Shown: positions 51,808 through 62,766, counted from the stretch's first letter. The stretch: DNA of 64,000 nt from Planctomycetota bacterium (GCA_002705055.1 PAHY01000043.1:5832-69831); one strand, 5' to 3'. Notes: generated by a model from the sequence alone, not told the origin. A program made the numbers and translations.

Positions 51808-53676
51808 ATGCGCAGTCTCGGCATCTCGCTCCGCCCCGATGGCTTCACCTTCGCAGTCTGCGACGGAAGCCTGAAGAAGTATTCGGTCGCCAGCTCCGGC
51901 TCGGGGCTGCTGCCCTCGGACAGCCGCGATCGCGCAAAGGATCTCGGCAAGGCTCTCGCCGCGGCGCTCAAGGCCGAAGGCGCGAGCAAGTACGACCGCG
52001 TCGTCATCGCCGCGCCGGGGATCACCTCGCCGCTGCGCGAGCTCTCGCTGCCCTTCTCCGATCGCGAGAAGATCATGCAGGTGCTCAAGTTCGAGGTCGA
52101 GTCCGAGCTCTACCACCTCGACATCGAGGACGTCGTCTGCGACTACCTCGAGCTGCAGGACGAGCGCGCGACCACCACGCTGCTGGTCGCTTCCCAGCCC
52201 AAGGCCGACATCCAGCTCACCCTGGATGTACTCAACGCGGCCGGGGTCGATGCGCCCATGCTCGATCTCGACTTCGGCGCGCTGGCCGGCTACGTGCCCT
52301 GCGTGCCGACTGTCGGCGAGCTGGATCTCGACGGCGAAGCCGCCAGCGATCTGTCGCTGGCCGAGCGCGCGGATCTGCTGCACGGCCTGCTGCACATCGG
52401 CCCGTACTCCAGCGTGTTGATGGTGTTCAGCCAGCGCGGCGTGCGCGCGGTGCGCGAGGTGCACGTCGGCTACCGCGAGTTGGGTCGGGACCTGGGCCCG
52501 GAAGGTCCGCCCGAGGTCCACGCCGAGCCGGTGGTCGAAGGCCGCGACGAGAACGATCTGCACGCCGCCGAATCAGCCGAGGCCGCGGCGCAGGACGCCA
52601 TCGAGGAGCTGATGGAAGAGAGCGAAGGCGGGGACGCCGACGCCGAAGAAGAACTGGGCGATGAGGCGCTGTGGGGGGTCGACCCGGTGCTTCCGACGGG
52701 CCTCAGCTTCGACGAACTGTGCGCCCAGGCCAGCCCCGAGGCCGTGGCCGAGCTGCGCAAGCGAATCATCGCCGAGGTGCGCCGCGGACTGATCGCTTCC
52801 TCGCTCAGCCTCGAGTCGCTGTCGCTCAGCGGCGCGGTGCTGCCGGGCCTCGACGAGCCGATGCAGGCTCGCCTCGGCATTCCGGTGCGCCTCCACGAAG
52901 CGGAAGCCTGCCCGATCGCCCTGGGCGCTGCGCTGCGCGGCCTGGGCGAGAAGGCCTCGCCGATGAACTTCCGCCAGGAAGAGTTCCGCTTCACCAAGGG
53001 GCTGGAACGCGTCGAGGGCCCGCTGACCTTCGCCCTGGTCAGTCTGATCGCCTACTTCGTGCTGGCCGGCGTGGTCGACTACAAGGTCGGTAGCGCCAAG
53101 ATGCAGGCGGCCGCGGGCCTCGGCGACCGCAACAGCCTGCTCACGCTGACCGCCCACGAGGTCGATCAGCTGCTCAATGAGAACATCCCCGAAGGCGCCC
53201 CAGACGACTGGCGCGTGCGCACTAACTTTGAAGGGGTGGACATGCCGCGCGATCAGCCCATCGAGCGGCTGCGGATCAACGTCAACAAGGCGGCCGATCA
53301 GCTCGACGAGATGCTGGGCACCGATACCGATGTCGCGCTGCCGCAGAGCTGCGTCGAGGCCTGGCGCCTGGTCAGCGATGTCCTGGCTCGCGAGATGCCC
53401 CGCGCCCCGCGCTGGATGCTGGAAGACCTCACGCTGACCTCCTTCGACAAGAAGGCGCGCATGGAAGCGCACGTCGAGGTCAAGATGACGATCAGCATCT
53501 TCGGCGACAACGCCACGGCCCTCGGCGAAGGGCTGCAGTCGGCGCTGCGCAACAAGGACTGGACCATGGGTCAGGTCGAGGGCAGCGGCTGGGAGCCGTT
53601 TAAGGAAGGCGTCGGCCGTTTCGCCACGCTCACCGTCCGTGTGGACACCACCCAAGCCGAACCGGCGCTGGATTAG
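51808..53676 (+). CDS. PilM/GspL-like protein: cytoplasmic actin-like ATPase fold, one TM helix, periplasmic domain.
   Basis: N-terminus MRSLGISLRPDGFTFAVCDG is PilM/GspL-like; acidic linker; TM LTFALVSLIAYFVLAGVV; 622 aa. Confidence 0.5.
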   Translation: MRSLGISLRPDGFTFAVCDGSLKKYSVASSGSGLLPSDSRDRAKDLGKALAAALKAEGASKYDRVVIAAPGITSPLRELSLPFSDREKIMQVLKFEVESELYHLDIEDVVCDYLELQDERATTTLLVASQPKADIQLTLDVLNAAGVDAPMLDLDFGALAGYVPCVPTVGELDLDGEAASDLSLAERADLLHGLLHIGPYSSVLMVFSQRGVRAVREVHVGYRELGRDLGPEGPPEVHAEPVVEGRDENDLHAAESAEAAAQDAIEELMEESEGGDADAEEELGDEALWGVDPVLPTGLSFDELCAQASPEAVAELRKRIIAEVRRGLIASSLSLESLSLSGAVLPGLDEPMQARLGIPVRLHEAEACPIALGAALRGLGEKASPMNFRQEEFRFTKGLERVEGPLTFALVSLIAYFVLAGVVDYKVGSAKMQAAAGLGDRNSLLTLTAHEVDQLLNENIPEGAPDDWRVRTNFEGVDMPRDQPIERLRINVNKAADQLDEMLGTDTDVALPQSCVEAWRLVSDVLAREMPRAPRWMLEDLTLTSFDKKARMEAHVEVKMTISIFGDNATALGEGLQSALRNKDWTMGQVEGSGWEPFKEGVGRFATLTVRVDTTQAEPALD

Positions 53677-53687
53677 GAGCTGCTGCC

Positions 53688-54206
53688 ATGAACAATCGAC
53701 GCACTCTGATCATTCTGCTGGTCCTGGTCGCCGGCACCGGCGCGGGCCGCTACTGGGCCCAGACTTACCGCGACCAGTGGGACACCGGCTTCACCCGCCA
53801 TGCGCAGCTGTTCCGCTCGGTCATCGAGCAGTCCCGCGAGGTCGCCGCCCGCCGCGAAGCCGCGGTCTATGGCCTGGGCGACAGCAGCTACCAGACGCAG
53901 ATCCAGGAGTTCGCCGGGCGTTCTTCGCTGGGCAACATCACGGTGCGTCCACGCGGCAACCCGGAAGAAGGCGACTACTCGATGAACGTCGACTTCGAGA
54001 ACCCCGAGCACCGCTACGGGCGCAATCAGATCTTCGCTTTCCTCTACAACTGCGAAGTCATGATCCCGCGCGTCCGCACGACCGCCTTCTCGATGCGCCC
54101 CGCCAACGAAGGCAGCCGCAAGCTCGAGCCCGGCACCGATCGCGAAGACCTCTGGAAGGTCGAGCAGCTCACCTTCGTCAAGCGTTCGCCGCGCGCGAAC
54201 AACTAG
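53688..54206 (+). CDS. Membrane-anchored hypothetical protein (172 aa); possible GspM/PilO-like partner.
   Basis: N-terminal TM RRTLIILLVLVAGTGAG; immediately downstream of the GspL-like gene. Confidence 0.45.
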   Translation: MNNRRTLIILLVLVAGTGAGRYWAQTYRDQWDTGFTRHAQLFRSVIEQSREVAARREAAVYGLGDSSYQTQIQEFAGRSSLGNITVRPRGNPEEGDYSMNVDFENPEHRYGRNQIFAFLYNCEVMIPRVRTTAFSMRPANEGSRKLEPGTDREDLWKVEQLTFVKRSPRANN

Positions 54207-55231
54207 CGCAGGAACCAGCGCACGATGCGCAGCGCGCCCTCTTTCCAGGGCACGCGGTGGCCGGTCCCGGCTTCGGGGATGGCGTCCTTGTTCGCCTTGT
54301 ACCAGTCGTAGGTCGCGATCAGGGTTTGGGCGTTGGAGTACTTCGGCTCCCAGCCCAGCCCGCGCAGCTTGTCGATCGAGACGAAGCTGTCCTGATCGGC
54401 GGTTCCGTAGATCCACTTGTAGAGCGGCGAGAGGCGCAGGAACTCCAGCACGGCCAGCGCGGACTTGCACAGCCAGGCCGGCGTGCGGAACAGCCGGCTG
54501 CCGGTGCCGGCGTGCGCGAACAGCGCGCCCAGATCCTCGCCCACGGTGTCGAAGGCGGCGGCGCCGACGTTGAAGACATCGTTCACTTGCTCGGCGTGGG
54601 CGGTGCACGCCAGCCGCGCGGCCTCGACGAGGTCCTCGACGGCGAGCAGCTGGTAGCGATTGCGGCCGTTGCCGATCACCGGGATCTTGACCCCTGCGTC
54701 GACCCAGTCGAACAGGATCTGAAAGACGCCGAGGCGCTCGGGCCCGATGAAGGTCTTGGGCCGCAGCACGCAGACGCACTGCCCGGCCGCGCGCGCCTCC
54801 TGACACAGCTCCTCGGCGGCGACCTTGGACTCGCCGTAGGGGCCGACGCCGTCCATCGGATCGCTCTCGTCGAGCGGATGGTGATCGGGGATGCCGTAGA
54901 CCGCGGTCGAGGAGATGTGCACGACCCGCGGAACGCCGAGCTCCTGCGCCACCTCGAGCACGGCGCGGGTGCCGTCCAGGTTGACGCTGCGGATCTCGGC
55001 CGGCTTCCACAGCGGCAGCGCAGCCGCGGCGTGGACGATCACATCGGCCCCGGCGCAGGCGGCGCGCAGCGCCTCGCGGTCGCGGACATCGGCCTGCACG
55101 GTCTGGGCGCCCTCGGGGACTTCGCTGGGCACGAAGGCGGCGATGTCCAGCAGCACCAGCTCGTGCTCGCGCATGCCCTGCGCGAGGTGGAAACCCAGAA
55201 AACCGGCGCCGCCGGTGATGACGATCTTCAT
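54203..55231 (-). CDS. NAD-dependent epimerase/dehydratase (extended SDR) family protein.
   Basis: MKIVITGGAGFLGFHL Rossmann motif; YGESK catalytic Y-x3-K. Confidence 0.8.
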   Translation of the reverse strand: MKIVITGGAGFLGFHLAQGMREHELVLLDIAAFVPSEVPEGAQTVQADVRDREALRAACAGADVIVHAAAALPLWKPAEIRSVNLDGTRAVLEVAQELGVPRVVHISSTAVYGIPDHHPLDESDPMDGVGPYGESKVAAEELCQEARAAGQCVCVLRPKTFIGPERLGVFQILFDWVDAGVKIPVIGNGRNRYQLLAVEDLVEAARLACTAHAEQVNDVFNVGAAAFDTVGEDLGALFAHAGTGSRLFRTPAWLCKSALAVLEFLRLSPLYKWIYGTADQDSFVSIDKLRGLGWEPKYSNAQTLIATYDWYKANKDAIPEAGTGHRVPWKEGALRIVRWFLR

Positions 55232-55234
55232 GGC

Positions 55235-56125
55235 TTAGAGATAGACGACCCAGGCGACCACGGCGCCGTAGCCGGCGACCGAAACGAACAGCGGCAGGTC
55301 GCCCGTCAGCAGCTTTTCGGGGCGTTCGCCCTGCTCCTGGCGGTAGACCAGGTAGAGGTAGCGCAGCACCCCGTAGGCGACGAAGGGGATCGTCCAGATC
55401 ATGCCCGGCTCCCCAGCGCGCGACTCGGGCACCTCGAGCGCCAGCAGCGCTCCGGGGAGCAGGGTGTAGAGGGTGTAGGTGACCAGCAGCGCCGCGGCGA
55501 CCACCGAGACCATGACGTCGAGGCCGGCGCCGGCGTAATCGGCCAGCAGCGGGCGCTGCGCCGTCGAGCCTTCGCCGACCGCGGTGACCTCGGCCTTGCG
55601 CTTGCACAGCGCCAGGAACAGCGCGAGCTGCACCGTGCAGGCGACCAGCCAGGGCGAAAGCGGGGCTTCGATCGCCCAGACGCCGGCCAGCACCCGGAGC
55701 AGGAAGCCGGCGGCGATCGAGAAGACGTCGAGCAGGAAGACGTGCTTCAGCTGCAGGGTGTAGGCCAGTTGCAGCAGCAAGTAGCCGCCGATGGCCTGCC
55801 AGGCGTGGCCGAGATCGAGCAGCCAGGAGCCGGCCAGCGCGCCGCCGGCCAGGACGGCCGCCGTCAGGGCGGCGGTCTGCGGGGCGAGCGCGCCGGAGGC
55901 GATCGGGCGCAGGCGTTTGACCGGGTGCATCCGGTCGCGCTCGCGATCGAGCAGATCGTTGAACAGATAGACCCCCGAGGAAGCGGCGCAGAACAGCGCG
56001 AAGGCCAGTCCGGCCACCACCGCCACCTCGACGTTCAAGGCCTGGCCACTGAACGCCAGCCCCGCGAAGACGACCAGATTCTTGGTCCACTGTCGCGGTC
56101 GTAGGGCCTTGAAGAGCGGGGACAT
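55235..56125 (-). CDS. UbiA-family prenyltransferase, decaprenyl-phosphate phosphoribosyltransferase (DPPR synthase)-like.
   Basis: FNDLLDRERDRMHPVKRLRPIASG (N-D-x-x-D-x-x-x-D then HP-K-RPIA-G); 8-9 TM helices. Confidence 0.7.
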   Translation of the reverse strand: MSPLFKALRPRQWTKNLVVFAGLAFSGQALNVEVAVVAGLAFALFCAASSGVYLFNDLLDRERDRMHPVKRLRPIASGALAPQTAALTAAVLAGGALAGSWLLDLGHAWQAIGGYLLLQLAYTLQLKHVFLLDVFSIAAGFLLRVLAGVWAIEAPLSPWLVACTVQLALFLALCKRKAEVTAVGEGSTAQRPLLADYAGAGLDVMVSVVAAALLVTYTLYTLLPGALLALEVPESRAGEPGMIWTIPFVAYGVLRYLYLVYRQEQGERPEKLLTGDLPLFVSVAGYGAVVAWVVYL

Positions 56126-56136
56126 CCGTCGGAAGT

Positions 56137-56559
56137 CTACAATTCCGATTCGCTTCGGTCCGGCAGCCTGGGCTGGGCGCCGAGGAGTTCCAGGCGGTCG
56201 CCGGGGGCGATCGCGGGGGCCGCGGCCGGCAGCAGCAGCGCGGCCGCGGTGCCGTCGGGGCAGGGCCGGGCGCGTCGCGGGGCCAGGGTGTGGCTGCCCA
56301 GCACCTGCCAGGCCTCATCCAGCAGGTGGACGCGCAGGCCGCCGCGCGCCCCGAAGCTGTGGACGGCGTCGGCGGGGGAGAGCAGCAGGGCCTGACCGTC
56401 CTGCCAGCGGTGGCCCCAGGCCTGGCGGAAGCGCTGCCAGCGCGAGCTGAGCACCAGGAGCTCGGCGCAGACCAGGCCGCCGCGGGTGGCGTTGCCGACC
56501 TTGGTCCGGCCGTCTTCGACGAGCTCGGGGCGCGGCATGCCCAGGAAGGGCTCGCTCAT
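56137..56559 (-). CDS. DUF192-domain protein.
   Basis: ATG at 56559 overlaps the upstream stop by ATGA; GQALLLSPADAVHSFGARGGLRVHLLDEAWQVL matches the DUF192 core pattern. Confidence 0.5.
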   Translation of the reverse strand: MSEPFLGMPRPELVEDGRTKVGNATRGGLVCAELLVLSSRWQRFRQAWGHRWQDGQALLLSPADAVHSFGARGGLRVHLLDEAWQVLGSHTLAPRRARPCPDGTAAALLLPAAAPAIAPGDRLELLGAQPRLPDRSESEL

Positions 56560-57401
56560 GCGGACGGGGGCTGCGGCGAGTCGGCCCGAACCGGCCACCA
56601 GGCCCGCACCGCGCAGCGCAGGCGCACCTGCTTCGAAATGGTCGGGCGACGGCGGAAGAGATCGCACTGCGGGTCGCCGACCTGATCCAGCAGGTGGCGG
56701 GCGCGCAGGACGGCGGCGCGCAGGCCGCGAGCCAGCCGCGAGCCGACCGCGTCGCAGACCGGCAGGCCGTCATGGAGCAGCGAGCGCGTCCAGTCGACCT
56801 GCCGGCTGAGGAACTCGTTGACCACCGGGGTGCGGACCCCGGCCACGAGGTCTTCGGGGGTCGCCCCCGCGGCGGCCAGGTCCTCGGCCGGGAGCGGCAC
56901 CTTGCCGGCGGAGAGATGCTGCGGCAGGTCCGCCAGCAGCCGGGTCAGCACCAGCCCGCAGCCCAGATGAGTCGCCGGACCGATCGCCGCGTCCTGATCA
57001 CGCTGCGCCAGGCGCAGGGCCCAGCGGGCGACCAGCTCGACGCGCGGCCGCAGTTCCTCGAGCAGTTCGGCTCGGGTGGCGGGGGCGTCGGGCATCGGCT
57101 CGGGCATCCGATCCATCAGCTCGAGAACGAGCGGATGGTCAATCTCGCCCGCGGTGGCCGACGACCAGAGCGCCAGCATCAGCGGGCCGTCGGGGCGGCC
57201 GCGCAGCGCCTGCTGGAGCGCGATCCGGAAGGCCTCACGGCGCAGGCGGGCCGGCCCCATGGCCACCGCCAGCACCGGATCCAGCGCACGCAGCATGCCG
57301 CGCGGCATGAGCACCGGGCCCGGGTAGAGCTCGCCGGCGATCTCCCTGGCTTGCCGCGTCGCGAAGCGCTGCGCGTGTCGGTAGTCCAATTTTTCGGGCA
57401 T
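56556..57401 (-). CDS. Divergent squalene/phytoene synthase-like (trans-isoprenyl diphosphate synthase fold) protein; Asp-rich motifs appear degenerate.
   Basis: Start at MPEKLDYRHAQRF (57401); CGLVLTRLLADLPQHLSAGKVPLPAEDL resembles the SQS/PSY motif LTNILRD...GR-YLP-EL. Confidence 0.4.
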   Translation of the reverse strand: MPEKLDYRHAQRFATRQAREIAGELYPGPVLMPRGMLRALDPVLAVAMGPARLRREAFRIALQQALRGRPDGPLMLALWSSATAGEIDHPLVLELMDRMPEPMPDAPATRAELLEELRPRVELVARWALRLAQRDQDAAIGPATHLGCGLVLTRLLADLPQHLSAGKVPLPAEDLAAAGATPEDLVAGVRTPVVNEFLSRQVDWTRSLLHDGLPVCDAVGSRLARGLRAAVLRARHLLDQVGDPQCDLFRRRPTISKQVRLRCAVRAWWPVRADSPQPPSA

Positions 57402-57408
57402 CCGGGTA

Positions 57409-57422
57409 GGAACCGGGGTTCC
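57409..57422. promoter_or_regulatory. Inverted repeat in the 51-bp divergent region between the histidine kinase gene and the prenyl operon; candidate operator.
   Basis: ggaacc-gg-ggttcc (6-bp arms, 2-bp spacer), 8 bp from the operon start codon. Confidence 0.35.
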
Positions 57423-57452
57423 TGCTCCCCAAAATAGGAGTTCCCGAGGGCC

Positions 57453-58208
57453 ATGGACACCGCCAACCCTGCCGCCGATCCGCTCGTCGATGACGAGGTG
57501 CTGGAAGTTCGTCATGCTGCGCATGATCTGCGGCACTTCATCGGCCTGGTCCGGGGCCACGCCGAGGTCCTCGCTCGCAGCCTGGATCAGGTCTCTCAGC
57601 TCGAGAGCGCCCAGGAGATCATGCGCGCGGCCGATCGGATCACCGATCTCTTCGATGATCTGCTCGAGTTCTGCCGTCCGCCGGTGCCCGGCACCCCCGT
57701 CGGCCTGATGCGCCCCGAACCCGACACCGTGGGCACCGAGCTGCTGGTCGATTCACTGGCCCGCGCGGTGCAGGGCCGCGCCAGCTCGCTTGGAATCGAG
57801 CTGGACTTCCAGCTCGGGGCCGAGCTGCCTCCCATCCTGGGCATCGCTGGCGAAGTCGAACGTGCGCTGGTCAATCTGATCTGCAATGCCTTCGCCGTCG
57901 TCCCCGAAACGGGGGGGAAGATCGAGGTCTGCGTCGCTCCTTCGGCGCTTGGGATTCGCTTCTCGATCCAGGACAACGGCCCCGGTCTGCCCGAGGACTA
58001 CCTCGGAGACTTGACCGAGCTCGGCCGCGGCGCCGCCGAGGCCTGGCGGCGGGGCGAGGACGGCAAGCTGCATGGCCTCGGGCTGACGATCGCCGCGCTG
58101 GTCGCGCGCCGTCATCGCGGCCGCCTGCTGGGTGCCGCGCGCGAGGACGGCGAAGCAGGTGCGGTCATGCATCTCGAGCTGCCCGTCGATCAGGCGGAAA
58201 GCGCGTGA
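57453..58208 (+). CDS. Soluble sensor histidine kinase (HisKA plus HATPase_c), orphan.
   Basis: H-box EVRHAAHDLRHFIGLVRGH; N, G1 and G2 boxes LVNLICNAF, DNGPGLP, GLGLTI. Confidence 0.7.
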   Translation: MDTANPAADPLVDDEVLEVRHAAHDLRHFIGLVRGHAEVLARSLDQVSQLESAQEIMRAADRITDLFDDLLEFCRPPVPGTPVGLMRPEPDTVGTELLVDSLARAVQGRASSLGIELDFQLGAELPPILGIAGEVERALVNLICNAFAVVPETGGKIEVCVAPSALGIRFSIQDNGPGLPEDYLGDLTELGRGAAEAWRRGEDGKLHGLGLTIAALVARRHRGRLLGAAREDGEAGAVMHLELPVDQAESA

Positions 58209-58307
58209 TGATTCCGCGAATGCCAGCCGCAGCGGTTTAGAATATCGGGCTCGTCGCGGGCCCCCGCCCGCCTCCATCCACGCGTACTTGGCGCCCGCCC
58301 GATTGGC

Positions 58308-60146
58308 ATGAGCTCCACTCCGACCACGGAGAAGCTGGACGAAGTTGTCATCCGATTCGCCGGAGACTCCGGTGACGGCATGCAGCTCACCGGCAACCAG
58401 TTCACAAATACTTCCGCGCTGCTGGGCAACGACCTGGCGACCTTCCCGGACTACCCGGCGGAGATCCGCGCTCCTCAAGGCACCCTGTTCGGGGTGTCCG
58501 GTTTCCAGGTGCGGCTCGCGTCGCGCGACATCTTCACACCCGGCGATACCCCGGATGTGCTGGTCGCGATGAACCCGGCCGCGCTCAAGACCAACGTCGG
58601 CGATCTGAAGCCGGGCGGTCTGCTGCTGGTCAACACGGGCAACTTCGGTGACAAGGATCTCGAGAAGGCCGGTTACGCGGAGAACCCCCTGAACGGCCCC
58701 GAGCTGGGCGAGAAGTACCAGCTCGTCGAGTTGGACCTGAACGAGGCGACCATCAACGCGGTCGAGGGCCTGGGCCTGAGCAACAAGGAGGCGCTGCGCT
58801 GCAAGAACCTGCTGGCGCTCGGCCTGCTCTACTGGGTCTACAACCGCCCGCTGACGACCACCGAGGACTGGCTGAAGCAGAAGTTCGGCAAGAAGCCGGA
58901 GATCCTCGAGGCCAACCTGCGCGCGCTGCGCGCCGGCCACGTGATCGCCGAGAACAGTGAGCTGTTCCAGAACCGCTTCACGGTCGAGCCGGCCAAGCTG
59001 CCCAGCGGCAAGTACCGCAACATCATGGGCAACGCGGCGCTGGCGATGGGCCTGGTCGCGGCTTCGCACAAGGCCAAGAAGCCGATCTTCTACGGCTCCT
59101 ACCCGATCACGCCGGCCTCGGATGTGCTGCATGCACTTGCGCGCTACAAGAACTACGGGGTTGTCACCTTCCAGGCCGAAGACGAAATCGCCGGCGTCTG
59201 CTCGGCGATCGGCGCGGCCTACGCGGGTTCGATCGGCATCACCGGCACTTCCGGTCCGGGCCTTGCCCTGAAGGGCGAAGCGCTGGGGCTGGCGGTCATG
59301 ACCGAGCTGCCGCTGGTGGTGGTCAATGTGCAGCGCGGCGGTCCGTCGACCGGCCTGCCGACCAAGACCGAACAGGCCGATCTGATGCAGGCGATCTACG
59401 GCCGCAACGGCGAGGCACCGATCCCGGTGATCGCGCCGCAGTCCTCGGCCGACTGCTTCTGGGCGGCGATCGAGGCGGTCAAGATGGCGCTCACCTACAT
59501 GACCCCGGTGCTGCTCCTCAGCGACGGCTACCTGGGCAACGGCGCCGAGCCCTTCCGCATTCCCGAGACCTCGGAGCTCCCCGAGATCCCGGTTCGCCAC
59601 GCGACCGACGTCGAGAACTTCCAGCCCTACGCCCGCGATCCGGAAACGCTCGCGCGGCCCTGGGCGATCCCGGGCACGCCGGGGCTCGAGCACCGCATCG
59701 GCGGGCTCGAGAAGCAGGACGGCTCGGGCAACGTCAACTACGAGCCCGAGAACCACGAGAAGATGGTCAAGCTTCGCGAGGCCAAGGTGAACGGCGTGGC
59801 CGACGGCTACGCGCCCACCGAGGTCTACGGCGAGCAATCCGGCAAGCTCTGCGTGCTGGGCTGGGGCAGCACCTACGGCGCCATCCGCGGCGCGGTGGAC
59901 CGCGCTCAGGCTGCGGGCCTCAGCGTCTCGCAGGTGCACGTGCGCAACGTTTTCCCGATGCCGAAGGATCTGGGCGAAGTCCTGTCGAAGTTCGATCAGG
60001 TGCTGGTCCCTGAGCTGAACCGCGGTCAGTTCTCGCGCCTCGTTCGCGCCGAGTACCTGATCGACACCATCTCCTACCCGAAGGTCCAGGGCAAGCCGTT
60101 CACGAGCACCGAACTGCTGGCCAAGATCGAAGAACTGCACGGCTAA
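58308..60146 (+). CDS. korA: 2-oxoacid:ferredoxin oxidoreductase alpha subunit (KorA, fused gamma-alpha type).
   Basis: 612 aa; conserved OFOR domains (IRFAGDSGDGMQLTG...GSYPITPASD...GPSTGLPTKTEQADL). Confidence 0.85.
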   Translation: MSSTPTTEKLDEVVIRFAGDSGDGMQLTGNQFTNTSALLGNDLATFPDYPAEIRAPQGTLFGVSGFQVRLASRDIFTPGDTPDVLVAMNPAALKTNVGDLKPGGLLLVNTGNFGDKDLEKAGYAENPLNGPELGEKYQLVELDLNEATINAVEGLGLSNKEALRCKNLLALGLLYWVYNRPLTTTEDWLKQKFGKKPEILEANLRALRAGHVIAENSELFQNRFTVEPAKLPSGKYRNIMGNAALAMGLVAASHKAKKPIFYGSYPITPASDVLHALARYKNYGVVTFQAEDEIAGVCSAIGAAYAGSIGITGTSGPGLALKGEALGLAVMTELPLVVVNVQRGGPSTGLPTKTEQADLMQAIYGRNGEAPIPVIAPQSSADCFWAAIEAVKMALTYMTPVLLLSDGYLGNGAEPFRIPETSELPEIPVRHATDVENFQPYARDPETLARPWAIPGTPGLEHRIGGLEKQDGSGNVNYEPENHEKMVKLREAKVNGVADGYAPTEVYGEQSGKLCVLGWGSTYGAIRGAVDRAQAAGLSVSQVHVRNVFPMPKDLGEVLSKFDQVLVPELNRGQFSRLVRAEYLIDTISYPKVQGKPFTSTELLAKIEELHG

Positions 60147-60154
60147 TCAGCACG

Positions 60155-61147
<993 letters not shown>

Positions 61148-61154
61148 GTCCCCC

Positions 61155-61634
61155 GTGCAGCCGCCCACCCGGGCGGCTGCCCATTCGGCCGTGTTCCACG
61201 ACTACGCCAAGGTTCTGATTTTCGCCCTCGCCGGAGCGGGGTTGGTCGTCCTCGGCATGTTCCTGGGGGGGCTGCTGCGCCCCAAGCGCGATCGCGACGC
61301 GCCCGGCCTCGAGCCCTATGAGTGCGGCGAGGAACCGATTGGCTCGGCCTGGTTCCGCTTCGACATCCGCTACTACACGGTGGCGCTGGTCTACATCGTG
61401 TTCGCGGTCGAGATCGCCTTCCTGTTCCCGTGGGCGCGGGTGCTGAAGACGGCCTTCGCCGATCCCAGCATCGGCGGCGTGGCCTTTCTCGAAGGCGTGC
61501 TCTTCCTGGCCATCCTCGCGCTCGGCCTGGCCTACGTCTGGCGGAAGGGCGACCTCGACTGGGTCAAGGAGCTGAGCAAGAATCGTCCGGACGGCTCGCC
61601 GGATCTGACCGAGACCACGGAGGATCAGGACTAG
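61155..61634 (+). CDS. nuoA: NADH-quinone oxidoreductase subunit A.
   Basis: PYECGEEP...[27 protein letters not shown]. Start is GTG at 61155 or 61191. Confidence 0.8.
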   Translation: MQPPTRAAAHSAVFHDYAKVLIFALAGAGLVVLGMFLGGLLRPKRDRDAPGLEPYECGEEPIGSAWFRFDIRYYTVALVYIVFAVEIAFLFPWARVLKTAFADPSIGGVAFLEGVLFLAILALGLAYVWRKGDLDWVKELSKNRPDGSPDLTETTEDQD

Positions 61635-61636
61635 AC

Positions 61637-62170
61637 ATGGGTGTACTCGAGAACTCGCTGCCGGAGAGCATCCTGACCACCCGCGTGGACTGGATGGTCA
61701 ACTGGGCGCGTTCCAGTTCGCTCTGGCCGATGACCTTCGGCCTCGCCTGCTGCGCGATCGAGATGATCGCGGTCGGCGGGCCGCGCTTTGACGTCGACCG
61801 CTTCGGAGCCGGGGCCTTCCGCGCCACGCCGCGCCAGGCCGACCTGATGGTGGTCGCCGGCACGGTCAACTTCAAGATGGGGGAGCGCGTTAAGCGGCTC
61901 TACGACCAGATGCCGGGGCCGAAGTACGTCATGGCGCTCGGCGCCTGCGCGACCGGGGGCGGTCCGTACCACAAGTACGGCTACACCGTCATGAAGGGCG
62001 TCGACCGCATCGTGCCCGTCGATGTCTACGTCGCCGGCTGCCCGCCGCGCCCGGAGGCCTTCCTCGACGGCCTGATGCTGCTGCAGCAGAAGATCAAGCG
62101 ACAGCGCGTCATTCGGGCCCAGCCGAAGGATGTGATCGTACCGCAGGGAACGGAGGCCCATCCGGCCTGA
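61637..62170 (+). CDS. nuoB: NADH-quinone oxidoreductase subunit B.
   Basis: MGVLENSL...[10 protein letters not shown]...[10 protein letters not shown]...[10 protein letters not shown] (N2 cluster cysteines). Confidence 0.9.
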   Translation: MGVLENSLPESILTTRVDWMVNWARSSSLWPMTFGLACCAIEMIAVGGPRFDVDRFGAGAFRATPRQADLMVVAGTVNFKMGERVKRLYDQMPGPKYVMALGACATGGGPYHKYGYTVMKGVDRIVPVDVYVAGCPPRPEAFLDGLMLLQQKIKRQRVIRAQPKDVIVPQGTEAHPA

Positions 62171-62766
62171 TGGCGGCGCGCGATACCGCCTGGGGCCCGA
62201 TGGAGCTGAACCGTGCGGCCGCGCAGGAAGCCGCCGAAGCACTGCGTGCTGCCGGCTGGGAGTTGGAGCTGCAGCTGCCGAATCTGCCGCTGATCGCCCC
62301 GGAGGGCGAGGCCAAGGATCTGGTCCGGCGCGCCAAGGAAGAGGACGCGGAGCCGGTCTGGCGTGGTGACGCCTTCCTGCTGCTCGGCAAGGCGCAGGAT
62401 CTGCCCGCCGTGCTGGAACACTGCCGGGATGAGCTCGGCTACGCCCTGCTCTACGACGCGACCGCGGTCGACCCCTCGGTCGATTCCGCCGAGCTCAAGC
62501 TGATCTACGGCCTGCGCAATCTGCAGACCAAAGCGCGGCTGATCGTGCAGGCGCGGGTGCCCAAGACCGAGGCCGTCGTGCCCAGCGTGGCTCTGGTTTA
62601 CCCCGCTGCCGACTGGCACGAGCGCGAAGCGGCCGAGATGTACGGCATCACCTACACCGGCCACCCGGACCCGCGCAAGCTGCTGCTGCCGGACGACTGG
62701 GCCGGCTTCCCGCTGCGCAAGGACTACGAGTATCCCGAGGAGTACAACGGGATCTCCTGCACCTGA
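62170..62766 (+). CDS. nuoC: NADH-quinone oxidoreductase subunit C (separate from D).
   Basis: ADWHEREAAEMYGITYTGHPDPRKLLLPDDWAGFPLRKDY. Confidence 0.85.
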   Translation: MAARDTAWGPMELNRAAAQEAAEALRAAGWELELQLPNLPLIAPEGEAKDLVRRAKEEDAEPVWRGDAFLLLGKAQDLPAVLEHCRDELGYALLYDATAVDPSVDSAELKLIYGLRNLQTKARLIVQARVPKTEAVVPSVALVYPAADWHEREAAEMYGITYTGHPDPRKLLLPDDWAGFPLRKDYEYPEEYNGISCT

